Both the position numbers and the translations under genes were made by a program. This document shows positions 50,995 to 60,427 of a DNA stretch of 64,000 bases, piece by piece (the stretch's first letter is position 1; each line of letters begins with the position of its first letter). Source of the stretch: Candidatus Uhrbacteria bacterium (lineage in GTDB: Bacteria; Patescibacteriota; Patescibacteriia; UBA9934; GWF2-40-263); assembly GCA_026395055.1 (NCBI GenBank), contig JAPLZK010000004.1, positions 209,432-273,431 on the forward strand, in the 5' to 3' direction. The notes beneath the pieces were generated by a model that worked only from the letters and a program-made list of their open reading frames with translations, ran no database searches and was not told the DNA's origin.

Positions 50995-51420
50995 ATGGAA
51001 CAGAATATTCGTGTTGGTGCCGGAGCCATTGTGATAAAAGACGGAAAGACTCTTCTTGCAAAACGGAAAGGTTCGCATGCGAGTGGTTCATGGGGATCGT
51101 TTGGTGGGCATGTGGATTTTGGTGAACATCCAACAGAAACGGTGAAACGAGAGGCAATGGAAGAATTAGGAATCGAAATTGGGAATTTTAAATTCATGAC
51201 ATGCATGAGTTTTGTGAAAGATGGAAAACAGTATTTGGATGTTTCGTTTGTTGCAGAGCATCTTTCCGGAGAACCAACCATCTGTGAACCAGATAAAATT
51301 GAAGAAATTGGTTGGTACGCGCTTGATGATTTGCCAACTCCACTGTTTGAACCTGTACGTATTGTTCTTGAGGCGATGAAAACAGGACAGACGTATTTTG
51401 AAGGCGCAGGTAACGAATAA
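50995..51420 (+). CDS. NUDIX hydrolase
   Basis: GGHVDFGEHPTETVKREAMEELG. Confidence 0.9.
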   Translation: MEQNIRVGAGAIVIKDGKTLLAKRKGSHASGSWGSFGGHVDFGEHPTETVKREAMEELGIEIGNFKFMTCMSFVKDGKQYLDVSFVAEHLSGEPTICEPDKIEEIGWYALDDLPTPLFEPVRIVLEAMKTGQTYFEGAGNE

Positions 51421-51422
51421 AT

Positions 51423-52565
51423 ATGAACTACTCAGAACAATCCCTCATTGAGCATAAAAAATATCACGGTAAGCTTGAAATTACTTCGACGTTTCCTCTT
51501 GAAACGCGCGAGGATCTTTCGGTTGCATACACGCCAGGTGTTGCGGAACCATGCCGCGTGATCGCAAAAAATAAAGAGCTTGCGTACGATTACACCATTA
51601 AAGGCCGATCGGTTGCCGTCGTTACAGATGGATCTGCCGTACTCGGACTTGGCAACATTGGACCAGAAGCTGGATTGCCTGTGATGGAAGGCAAAGCGGT
51701 TTTGTTTAAGCGATTCGCAAACATCGATGCGTATCCAATTTGTCTTGCCACACAAAACGTGGACGAAATTGTTGCGACGGTGAAAAATATTGCGCCAGGA
51801 TTTGGTGGAATTAATCTCGAGGACATATCGGCACCGAACTGTTTTGAGGTTGAACGAAGATTAATTGAAGAACTCGATATTCCCGTCATGCATGATGATC
51901 AGCATGGAACAGCTGTGGTTGTTCTTGCAGGATTATTGAACGCGCTCAAATTGGCCGATAAAAAAATTGAAGATGTCCATGCGGTTATTTCAGGAGCAGG
52001 CGCGGCAGGGATGGGAATTATTTCTCTTCTCATGGAGGTTGGATTGAAACGTATCGACATGATTGACTCGAAAGGAATGATTGCCGAAGGGCGTGAAGGA
52101 ATGAATGTGTATAAAGATACGCTTGCGGCCAGAATCAATCCAGAAAAAAAGACAGGCTCGCTTGCGGATGCGCTCAAAGGTGCAGATATTTTTATTGGAG
52201 TCAGTCAACCAAACATTGTTTCGATCGAAATGATTCAATCCATGAATACAAAGCCCATTATGTTTGCGATGGCAAATCCGATTCCAGAAATTATGCCAGA
52301 CCTTGCAAAAGAAGCCGGTGCATTCATTGTCGCAACGGGACGATCCGATTTTCCGAATCAGGTAAATAACGTTCTCGCGTTTCCTGGATTGTTTAAAGGG
52401 ATGCTTGATGGTCGCATACGCAAATTTACTCCAGCGATGCGTATTGCGGCGGCTCGTGCGATTGCAGGAATGGTTCTTGAACCATCAACGGAGAAAATTT
52501 TACCAACACCATTTGAGCATGGAATTGCAGAAGCGGTTGCAAATGCTGTCCGATCATCTGTCTAG
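51423..52565 (+). CDS. NAD(P)-dependent malic enzyme (minimal type)
   Basis: AYTPGVA, PVMEGK, NLEDI, HDDQHGT, GRSDFPNQVNN. Confidence 0.95.
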   Translation: MNYSEQSLIEHKKYHGKLEITSTFPLETREDLSVAYTPGVAEPCRVIAKNKELAYDYTIKGRSVAVVTDGSAVLGLGNIGPEAGLPVMEGKAVLFKRFANIDAYPICLATQNVDEIVATVKNIAPGFGGINLEDISAPNCFEVERRLIEELDIPVMHDDQHGTAVVVLAGLLNALKLADKKIEDVHAVISGAGAAGMGIISLLMEVGLKRIDMIDSKGMIAEGREGMNVYKDTLAARINPEKKTGSLADALKGADIFIGVSQPNIVSIEMIQSMNTKPIMFAMANPIPEIMPDLAKEAGAFIVATGRSDFPNQVNNVLAFPGLFKGMLDGRIRKFTPAMRIAAARAIAGMVLEPSTEKILPTPFEHGIAEAVANAVRSSV

Positions 52566-52568
52566 TCT

Positions 52569-53138
52569 ATGAAATATCGTTCTTCGTACAAAGGGTTACA
52601 ACAACGTCGTCCACCAGCTTTTGCTCGGTCTGCGAGTAAAATAAACATTCGGATGTTTGCGGTGGTTGCTGGATTTATCTTGTTGTTTGCGGGATCTTTG
52701 TTTCTTTTTCGTAATACGAAACACGAGAAGCCAGCAATGGTGTCGAATACGGTTTCGACAACAGATACTGCGATGGTGATTCCGGCAACACTTTCAAACC
52801 CAGACGCAACGCTGCTTGGATTGTCAACACATAAACCTGTCGGAACAGCAACGCGGGCAATTGTGAACGGGCTTTTTCATATGAACATGAGCGCGACGCT
52901 TCCGGGGATTGATCGTGCATCACAATTTTATCAAGCCTGGATCGTGCGACCTGTTCCGTATGACTATGTGTCGGCCGGTGAGATGGTAACAAACGATCTT
53001 GGATCGTTTGTTCTCGACTGGAATGGATCAAGTGACAAGGATTATTCTGGATATACGGATTTGGTTATTACACTTCAGGCTCGAGGGGGCGATATAGATC
53101 CTCAAATACATGTTGTGGAAGGGGAGTTTGGGAAATAA
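52569..53138 (+). CDS. membrane-anchored hypothetical protein (RskA C-terminal-like)
   Basis: One TM; YQAW and LVITLQ..G pattern. Confidence 0.55.
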   Translation: MKYRSSYKGLQQRRPPAFARSASKINIRMFAVVAGFILLFAGSLFLFRNTKHEKPAMVSNTVSTTDTAMVIPATLSNPDATLLGLSTHKPVGTATRAIVNGLFHMNMSATLPGIDRASQFYQAWIVRPVPYDYVSAGEMVTNDLGSFVLDWNGSSDKDYSGYTDLVITLQARGGDIDPQIHVVEGEFGK

Positions 53139-53156
53139 TATTCTTATTTGAATGAT

Positions 53157-53420
53157 ATGTCAGAATTTCATGAAGGAATGTCTCTTGTTGAGCAGGCAAA
53201 AGATTGGTTGGCAATTGCGCAAGAGTTGGATGAACTTCAGAGAAAAGAAAATGATGGAAGAGGAGTCAGTTGTGTTAGAAATGCATTGACGTATTTGAAG
53301 ATGGGAGATATAGAATCTGCTCAAACCGTCTGTTCCACAGATTGGGATAAGATTCGGAACTATCCTGAACTTGCAAAAGCACTTGAGGAAAAATTAATGG
53401 GTAAAAAGATGGATGATTAA
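53157..53420 (+). CDS. hypothetical protein
   Basis: 87 aa ORF, co-directional with upstream genes. Confidence 0.6.
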   Translation: MSEFHEGMSLVEQAKDWLAIAQELDELQRKENDGRGVSCVRNALTYLKMGDIESAQTVCSTDWDKIRNYPELAKALEEKLMGKKMDD

Positions 53421-53425
53421 TGTTG

Positions 53426-54634
53426 TTACAGTTCATGGTCGTAGGCTAATCCGCTCGCTCGTTCCTGAAATACAATTGGCAAAAGAGAAGCGCGTGTCCA
53501 TGCGTCAGATCCGTAACGCGATTGAATTTTATCGAGTGCCGAAAGAACAGAAAGATGTTTCTGTTCTTTTTTAAATAAAGAGTTTGGAGCGGATGCGTGC
53601 GAGAGATGCGAGGTGCTGATACCAAGGAGGCGAACTGGTTTGCCTTTGTCGCGGACGATCTCGACCAAGCGCCAGGCGAGCTCGAATAACTGAAATCCAT
53701 CTGCGGTGGCTTCTTGAAACACATGTTGCTTGCTGTTGCTTGAAAAATCACCATAACGAACACAGATGGAGACCGCATTTGCAACAAACCCGTCTCTGCG
53801 CATGCGCCACGCCACTTTTTCGCACATGCCAAGCAAATAGCGCTGCATAAGCACAGGATCGAATGTGTCTTTTGGGAGTGTATAGGAATGTCCGATAGAT
53901 TTTGGATCTACTTCTTCTGAGGAAACTTCGAACGCTTCTCTACCATGCGCGGCTTCATGAAGCCAATAGCCGTATGAATCAAATTCGTCGACGAGTTCTT
54001 CTAAAGGGAACTCGCGAAGTTTTTTGAAATTCATGATGCCAAGATCGTTGAGTCGCGCGCCCATGCGTGAGCCGATGCCACAGAGGTCTGTCAGTTTTAT
54101 GGAATCAAGCCTTGTGATTGCGTCTTCTTCTCGGGTGAGGGTGATTCCGTTTGGTTTCACAAGATCGCTTGAGAGTTTTGCGAGAAGCTTATTTGGCGCA
54201 AGTCCGATGGATGCGGTGATCCATTCCCCACACTCCTCTTTGAGACGTTCTCGCAGTCGTTGTGCGAGACATACGGCACCAAACCAGTCTTTGGCTTGGT
54301 CGGTAATGTCGAGAAACGACTCATCTACACTGAATTCTTGGACGAGTGGAGTAAATTCAAAAAATAATTTGTTGAACCTGTGTGTAATCTCCGAGTACTT
54401 TTCAGGATCACCTGTGATTAAAATGAGACTCGGACAAATCTTTTTTGCTTCCCAGGTGGACATGGCGGTTTTGACACCAAGTTTTTTTGCCTCAATGGAT
54501 GCGGTTGCAACAATTGATCGTTCTGACCGTTTGCCCGTGATTCCGATTGGCTTCCCACGCAAAAACGGATTCGCTTGTTGTTCTACAGAAGCGAAGTAGC
54601 TATTCATGTCGATGTGGAGGATGATTTGAGACAT
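53426..54634 (-). CDS. dinB: Y-family DNA polymerase IV
   Basis: HIDMNSYFASVE, SVDESFLD, LAKLSSD..KPNG; catalytic acids intact. Confidence 0.93.
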   Translation of the reverse strand: MSQIILHIDMNSYFASVEQQANPFLRGKPIGITGKRSERSIVATASIEAKKLGVKTAMSTWEAKKICPSLILITGDPEKYSEITHRFNKLFFEFTPLVQEFSVDESFLDITDQAKDWFGAVCLAQRLRERLKEECGEWITASIGLAPNKLLAKLSSDLVKPNGITLTREEDAITRLDSIKLTDLCGIGSRMGARLNDLGIMNFKKLREFPLEELVDEFDSYGYWLHEAAHGREAFEVSSEEVDPKSIGHSYTLPKDTFDPVLMQRYLLGMCEKVAWRMRRDGFVANAVSICVRYGDFSSNSKQHVFQEATADGFQLFELAWRLVEIVRDKGKPVRLLGISTSHLSHASAPNSLFKKEQKHLSVLSALDKIQSRYGSDAWTRASLLPIVFQERASGLAYDHEL

Positions 54635-54669
54635 GGATCGAAACACGCCCAAAAAGGGCGTGTTTATGT

Positions 54670-54915
54670 TTATGAGCTATAGACTTCGACTAGGTGCCAC
54701 TCGAGGGTTTCGCTATCGAGTCTCAGTTTAAAATAATTCGCAATATCTGAGACAGAAAAGTAAAAGATTTTTTTCTGGCCTTCACGAGCGGTGTGAACAA
54801 GGTTCACGTTTTTGATGGAGTAGTTGCGATCGTTCCAGCGCATGTGGAGAGGGCGAACACGGCGATCTGCAAAGGTTGCGAGAACGTCTACGGAATCATG
54901 AAGAATGTTATGCAT
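54670..54915 (-). CDS. small beta-rich protein associated with dinB
   Basis: 81 aa ORF between lexA and dinB. Confidence 0.7.
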   Translation of the reverse strand: MHNILHDSVDVLATFADRRVRPLHMRWNDRNYSIKNVNLVHTAREGQKKIFYFSVSDIANYFKLRLDSETLEWHLVEVYSS

Positions 54916-55081
54916 AAAATTTTTTGTTTAAGTTTTTAAAAATATGGCGTCGTAAGATTTTTTTCATGCGCCGACCACTCACCGCGGCAAAAATGGATAA
55001 ACGTTTTTTTGGAGCAGGTTTATAACGACGTGCGATGGAAACATATGCGGGTTCACGATAGCCGAGGGCGTAAGTGGGCAT
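54908..55081 (-). CDS. 57 aa basic small protein (below the ORF track cutoff)
   Basis: MPTYALGYREPAYVSIARRYKPAPKKRLSIFAAVSGRRMKKILRRHIFKNLNKKFYA; stop overlaps the next start. Confidence 0.45.
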   Translation of the reverse strand: MPTYALGYREPAYVSIARRYKPAPKKRLSIFAAVSGRRMKKILRRHIFKNLNKKFYA

Positions 55082-55133
55082 AGGCGGGAGGGTTAGAAAG
55101 ATTGGAAGAATTTTGAAAGAAAAGAGAGGCGGT

Positions 55134-55418
55134 TTAAACAGGTGAGAGAAAATTCAGCTCATCCGCAAGTTCTAGGATTCTTTTTTGAAGAATAGATTCA
55201 GGATCCTGGATGTCCAATGTCTGAAGAACATCACAGAGCCCAATAAAGATATTTGCGATCCGTCTTTCAATCTCTTCCGTGTCTTTGTTTCTGATATAAG
55301 CGGTGGAAAGTTTGGTTGTTGCTTCATAAAGACCAAGAATCGCATCTCGAACATCGCGTTTGCCTTCTTCTTGGATGAGGATCTGACCAATTTGTAGGTT
55401 GAGTTCATTTAATGACAT
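55134..55418 (-). CDS. hypothetical helical protein
   Basis: 94 aa ORF downstream of lexA. Confidence 0.6.
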   Translation of the reverse strand: MSLNELNLQIGQILIQEEGKRDVRDAILGLYEATTKLSTAYIRNKDTEEIERRIANIFIGLCDVLQTLDIQDPESILQKRILELADELNFLSPV

Positions 55419-55492
55419 AGCTCGCGAGGTTATGGATTAAAATTTTGGCAACAAAAAACAAGCAGAGGAAAAGTGGTCGAGAATCAGCTGTG

Positions 55493-55513
55493 ACCCTTCG
55501 ACAAGCTCAGGGT
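55493..55513. repeat. REP-like element ACCCTTCGACAAGCTCAGGGT
   Basis: Short hairpin of a widespread REP-like type; single copy in window. Confidence 0.5.
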
Positions 55514-55529
55514 GTAATGCCTGCGGGCA

Positions 55530-56168
55530 TTACACGGGCTGGAATTTTCGAATCACGGCACGAACGACTCCTTGAATAATACAGTCTTGAACGTAAATAG
55601 GATCCATGGTTTTGTTTGCGGGTTGTAAGCGAATGCGGGATGGTTCACGGTAAAATCGTTTGAGGGTTGCAAAGGCATTGTCGAGAAGAGCAACGACGAC
55701 TTCGCCGTTGCGTGGAGATGGATTGCGCTCAATGACGACGAAGTCTCCGTCTAAAATTCCGTCTTCGATCATGGATTGGCCTTTGATTTTGAGAACGTAG
55801 GAGTTTGCACCGTCTAGGACAAAGCTTGCGGGGACGGCCATGGTTTCGTTGTCGTTGATGGCTTCTATAGGTTGTCCGGCGGCGATGAGTCCCATCATGG
55901 GCAAATTCACGACATCTGCGGAAAGTCGGAAGCCTCTGTGGATAGGTTCGGCTTGGGGGACGAGTTCAATGGATCTAGCTTCGCCTTCTTCTCCGATACG
56001 GATCATGCCTTTGTCTACAAGGCTTTGGATGTGTCCATGCACGGTTGCGGAAGAGGAGAGGCGAAAGTGTTCACCGATTTCCCGGTAGGACGGGGCGTAT
56101 CCGCAGTCATCAAGGTGTTTTTTGATGAATGCGAGAACTTCGTTCTGCTTTTTTGTTAAGTTACTCAT
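55530..56168 (-). CDS. lexA: SOS repressor LexA
   Basis: PSYREIG HTH, IAAG cleavage site, GQSM, TLKR. Confidence 0.96.
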   Translation of the reverse strand: MSNLTKKQNEVLAFIKKHLDDCGYAPSYREIGEHFRLSSSATVHGHIQSLVDKGMIRIGEEGEARSIELVPQAEPIHRGFRLSADVVNLPMMGLIAAGQPIEAINDNETMAVPASFVLDGANSYVLKIKGQSMIEDGILDGDFVVIERNPSPRNGEVVVALLDNAFATLKRFYREPSRIRLQPANKTMDPIYVQDCIIQGVVRAVIRKFQPV

Positions 56169-56206
56169 ACGTGTGTGGGGAAGTATTCCCGTTTGCGAAA
56201 TTTAAT

Positions 56207-56271
56207 CGTTCGCGTTATGTTCGTATTCTAAACCGAACAAAAAGCGAACGCAAGAAGGTGTATGTGGATAA
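56207..56271 (-). promoter_or_regulatory. lexA promoter with two GTTC-N7-GTTC boxes and a DnaA box
   Basis: GTTC-N7-GTTC at 56208-56222, GAAC-N7-GAAC at 56235-56249; TTGCGT-17-TAGAAT; TTATCCACA at 56271-56263. Confidence 0.75.
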
Positions 56272-56331
56272 GTCTGAATCGATAAGAAAGAGTTGGAGAT
56301 TGAGTCAAAATTTGTTACTCTGTGCGCACTT

Positions 56332-57384
56332 ATGAAAAAGACCGTTGAATCAACTCTGCAAGGTCAGTCAGATAAAGTCTGTGATCAAATCGCAGACGCT
56401 ATTGTAGATGAATACCTTCGTCGTGATCCTGAAGCGCGTGTAGATGTAAACGTGATGGGTTCTCACGGGATGGTTATGATTGGCGGAGAAGTAACATCCA
56501 CAGCAGATTTTGATGTTGGGGCTATTGCAAAAAAGGTTTATACCGAAATTGGATATACCGATGAAATAGAAGTCTTCACAAATATTGAAGAACAATCCCC
56601 AGAAATGAAACGTGCACTGCATGGATCACAAGATACGGTTGTCATAAACGGATACGCCACACATGAGACACGAGAGCGTCTCCCTCGTGGATTGGTTTTT
56701 GCGCACAACATCGCGCGCCGGATTGATGATCTGCGCAAAATGGATCCGTCGTTTTCTTGGTTACGACCTGATGGAAAAGTACAGATCATGACAGAAAAAG
56801 ATCAGGTTGTTGGTGTGACCATTCTTGCGTCACATCATTTGAATATAAAAGATCAGGAAGTAAAGACAGCCATTCTTGAACGTGTTGTCGTTCCTCTACT
56901 TGGTGAAGGGATTCAAATTTTTATTAATCCTATTGGGGTATTTACAGATGTTTGTTTTCGATCAGACTCTGGGGTGAGTGGGCACAAGACGCACGTAGAT
57001 ACGTACGGAGGACTCATTCCCCACGGTGACGCGGTTATGATTGGAAAAGATCCAAGACGTGTTGAACGCGCGGGGGCCTACATGGCGCGTGCGGCAGCAA
57101 AATATCTTGTGGATCAAGATTTAGTGCAATCGGCGATGGTGCAAGCGGTTTATACCCTTGGTCGGTCAGAGCCGATTCATCTTCATGTCGTTGGAATGGG
57201 GGAAAAATCCAGAGGATCAAAGATTGATTTTACAAATCTCATCAAACAGCAATTTGATTTTCGGTCTGAAGCGATCGTTGAGCGGCTGGGCTTACTTAAA
57301 CCCATCTATCAATCTGCAGCCGTCTACGGAAGTTTTGGAAGAGAAGGATTTCCTTGGGAGAGTCAGAAAGAAGATCTGACTTGA
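56332..57384 (+). CDS. metK: S-adenosylmethionine synthetase homologue with degenerate active-site motifs
   Basis: DKVCDQIAD, LRPDGK, DTYGG, GKDP, FGRE.FPWE; signature motifs altered. Confidence 0.8.
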   Translation: MKKTVESTLQGQSDKVCDQIADAIVDEYLRRDPEARVDVNVMGSHGMVMIGGEVTSTADFDVGAIAKKVYTEIGYTDEIEVFTNIEEQSPEMKRALHGSQDTVVINGYATHETRERLPRGLVFAHNIARRIDDLRKMDPSFSWLRPDGKVQIMTEKDQVVGVTILASHHLNIKDQEVKTAILERVVVPLLGEGIQIFINPIGVFTDVCFRSDSGVSGHKTHVDTYGGLIPHGDAVMIGKDPRRVERAGAYMARAAAKYLVDQDLVQSAMVQAVYTLGRSEPIHLHVVGMGEKSRGSKIDFTNLIKQQFDFRSEAIVERLGLLKPIYQSAAVYGSFGREGFPWESQKEDLT

Positions 57385-57414
57385 TGTGGCAACCTGTGTT
57401 AAAATACAGGAACT

Positions 57415-57882
57415 ATGGCACGGAGGATTCTTCAAACAAAAAAAGGAACGGAATCATTTTTGGTTCCTGTCTTGCTGTTCGTTTGTGCAGCAAGTTTTTT
57501 TGTTGTGTTTGCGCGTGCACCAGAGCATATTGTTGCCACGTCTTCAGATCGTGTCGTGAGCGCGGAAGGAGTTTCTCGCGAGGCAACAGCGGTTCAAATT
57601 TTGCGATTAACGAATGTAGAGCAATCCATTCCTCTTATGCGAGGCCCTGTTTATGAATTGTCTGTGAGAGGTGGCGGAGTTCTGACAGAAGCCGTGATTC
57701 AATATCGCATTCCCGCAAACATACGACCCTCGTCTTCAACTGTTTTAACACTCATCGCGTTTGATCCACAGTCACTGTCGTGGAAACCTATTCCAACGGT
57801 CATTGATGAAAAAAATACGGTTGCGCGCGCGCAAACTTCCGTTCAACAAACACTCATGATTGGTCTTGGTACAAAATTTTAA
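57415..57882 (+). CDS. exported hypothetical protein
   Basis: N-terminal TM or signal peptide. Confidence 0.65.
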   Translation: MARRILQTKKGTESFLVPVLLFVCAASFFVVFARAPEHIVATSSDRVVSAEGVSREATAVQILRLTNVEQSIPLMRGPVYELSVRGGGVLTEAVIQYRIPANIRPSSSTVLTLIAFDPQSLSWKPIPTVIDEKNTVARAQTSVQQTLMIGLGTKF

Positions 57883-57956
57883 AAGAGGTTTCCGTTTTCA
57901 AAAAAGTTTGTTATAATCTTTGCACAATTTAAGTTCTTTCTCTAAGGAGGAAATGT

Positions 57957-58400
57957 ATGGCAATCAAAAAAGCTGTTTCTACAAAAAAACCTGTAAAAAA
58001 AATGCGTGTTGAGCCACAGGTGGCAATTCCTGCGCTTGCATTTACTCCTTTTGTTGCAACAACAAAAAAGATTGGGGTGAAAAAAACGGTTGCAAAAAAA
58101 GGTGCGGCAAAAAAATCAACCAAGAAACCTGAGGTGATTGTTGTAGAAGAAGTCACCCTCGGTCCAACAGAATCTTTGAAACTTCCCATGGAAGTTTCAA
58201 AGGAATATGTTATTGTGCATCGTTGTACCAATTGTGAACATGTTCCATTTTCTATTACAAAACTTGTTACGCTCTTTTCTATTTTGATCATGCTTCTTTC
58301 TGTGTCTGTCTTGATTCAAGTGGGAACCATTGACCTCTCAAAATTAATTGCCTTTGTTTCGCCGGTTGCACAAGCGGCCTCTCATTTGGCGAATCGATAA
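57957..58400 (+). CDS. Lys-rich hypothetical protein with CxxC and C-terminal TM
   Basis: AAGGAGG SD; CTNC. Confidence 0.65.
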   Translation: MAIKKAVSTKKPVKKMRVEPQVAIPALAFTPFVATTKKIGVKKTVAKKGAAKKSTKKPEVIVVEEVTLGPTESLKLPMEVSKEYVIVHRCTNCEHVPFSITKLVTLFSILIMLLSVSVLIQVGTIDLSKLIAFVSPVAQAASHLANR

Positions 58401-58406
58401 TGTGTT

Positions 58407-59075
58407 ATGAAACGTCTTTCTCTTTTTTTGTCGCTCGCGTTACTCTTGCTCGTTGGATCTGGATGTGTTAAATCAAAGGATGCATCGTCTGATGTCACCT
58501 TTAATTATCCTGACCAAAAACCAGCAGAGCAAACAGCACCCGCACCAACAACACCTGGTGCCACAACGCCCACTTCTGCTCCTCTGGAAACAACCAAACC
58601 TATGACATGGACATTCCCTGGAAAACGTTCTGAGAAAGAAATCGCTCATAAACAAATTCGTCTCACAACAGACAAAGGAGACATTGTGTTCGAACTTTTT
58701 GCAGACACAGCCCCTCTCACGGTTTCAAACTTTGTGTATCTCACAGAAGGTGGGTACTACAACGGCCTTACCTTTCATCGTCGTGAAGAAGGATTCGTAA
58801 TCCAAGGAGGAGACCCAAGTGGAAACGGAACGGGTGGTCCTGGTTACAAGTTTGCAGACGAACTTGCAGATAAATACACCTACACGCGTGGAATTGTTGC
58901 TATGGCAAACGCAGGTCCTGCAACAAACGGTTCTCAATTTTTTATCATGCTCGCAGACGCTCCATTACCAAAAGCGTATTCCATCTTTGGAAAGGTGACG
59001 TCTGGAATGGACGTTGTGGATAAAATCAAAGTTGGAGACAAAATGACAAAAGTAACGGTTGAAGACAAAAAATAG
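58407..59075 (+). CDS. cyclophilin-type PPIase lipoprotein
   Basis: Lipobox GSGC; FHR, IQGGDP, NGSQFFI. Confidence 0.93.
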   Translation: MKRLSLFLSLALLLLVGSGCVKSKDASSDVTFNYPDQKPAEQTAPAPTTPGATTPTSAPLETTKPMTWTFPGKRSEKEIAHKQIRLTTDKGDIVFELFADTAPLTVSNFVYLTEGGYYNGLTFHRREEGFVIQGGDPSGNGTGGPGYKFADELADKYTYTRGIVAMANAGPATNGSQFFIMLADAPLPKAYSIFGKVTSGMDVVDKIKVGDKMTKVTVEDKK

Positions 59076-59142
59076 TATGTACATCCACTCCGCTTTGGCG
59101 GGGTGGATTTTTGTTTTTAGTAAAGTGCTATACTAGAGGCAT

Positions 59143-60408
59143 ATGTTCACGGTTTATCTTCCTTCCAGAAAATTCATGATCATCGCTGTTCTGTGCGTGG
59201 CGATTGTGAGTATTTTATTTGCCTCTATTCACATCGTTCGATCGAATCGGGCGCATGTCGTTCCCGTTGCTGCAACACCTGTTGTGACGGAAGTTCCTCC
59301 GGTACTAACGCCCGAGCCTCCGTCTACACCTCCACAAATTATTCGTGTCCCGTTGCCTCTTGAGGTGCGTGGAATTTATTGGACCGCGCTTACGGCTGCA
59401 ACAAAGCGCGGTGACGAGCTGATCGACTACATGCAAAAGACAGGGCTGAACGCGGTCGTCATTGATTTGAAAATGGATGACGGGGAATTAGCGTTTGCGC
59501 CACATGACAAAACGCTCGAACCATACGCCATGAAGAAACCTGCTATCAAAAATATTGATGGTCTCCTCGAAAAACTCGCGAATGATCACATCTATCGCAT
59601 CGCACGTATTCAAGTCATGAAAGACAATACGTTTACAGGGGAACATCCAGATTCTGGGATGAAGGTCGCTTCTGGAGGTCTGTGGCGCGATAAAACGGGT
59701 GCCGCATGGGTTGATCCTTCGGCGCCAGATGTTGCGTCGTATGCGCTTGCTCTTGCGCGTGAGGCATACGCGCGTGGATTTGATGAAGTGCAATTTGATT
59801 ATGTCCGTTTTGCTTCTGATGGAAAAATTTCCAGCATTACCTTTCCGTTTTATAACGGAACAGATTTGAAAGTAGACGTCATGAAACGATTTTTTGCTTC
59901 TGTCGGTGGGCCGCTTCGTAAAGAACATATTCCTGTTTCGTTTGATGTGTTCGGCCTTGTTTGTATGACAAATGATGGTCTTGGAATTGGTCAAAGACTA
60001 GACGGTGTCCTTGCGAGTGCAGATTTTGTGTCACCCATGGTGTACCCATCGCACTATGCACATGGGTTTCAGGGATTTCAGAATCCGGCAGATCATCCGT
60101 ATGACGTGATTAAGATTTCGCTTGATCATGCACTTGGATTGTTACTTCCTCCAAATATCGAGATAAGTTCCGTGAAGAATGCGGATGGTTCGGAGACAAC
60201 GTCAAAGAAAACAATTCCACCAACAAAAGAGGGGCTCGCTGCAGCAGCAAAACCACTTCGCCCATGGATTCAGGACTTCGATATCGGCGCGGTCTACACG
60301 GGCCCCATGATCGAAGCGGAAATAAAAGCGGTACGTGACGCAGGCGGATCCGGATTTCTTATTTGGAATGCAAGAAATGTTTATGAGCCGGCAAATTACG
60401 TGAAATAA
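59143..60408 (+). CDS. putative glycoside hydrolase (DUF4015-like), membrane-anchored
   Basis: GFDEVQFDYVRF, SPMVYPSHY, RPWIQDF. Confidence 0.85.
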   Translation: MFTVYLPSRKFMIIAVLCVAIVSILFASIHIVRSNRAHVVPVAATPVVTEVPPVLTPEPPSTPPQIIRVPLPLEVRGIYWTALTAATKRGDELIDYMQKTGLNAVVIDLKMDDGELAFAPHDKTLEPYAMKKPAIKNIDGLLEKLANDHIYRIARIQVMKDNTFTGEHPDSGMKVASGGLWRDKTGAAWVDPSAPDVASYALALAREAYARGFDEVQFDYVRFASDGKISSITFPFYNGTDLKVDVMKRFFASVGGPLRKEHIPVSFDVFGLVCMTNDGLGIGQRLDGVLASADFVSPMVYPSHYAHGFQGFQNPADHPYDVIKISLDHALGLLLPPNIEISSVKNADGSETTSKKTIPPTKEGLAAAAKPLRPWIQDFDIGAVYTGPMIEAEIKAVRDAGGSGFLIWNARNVYEPANYVK

Positions 60409-60427
60409 AAAAACCTGACCGTTTAGA

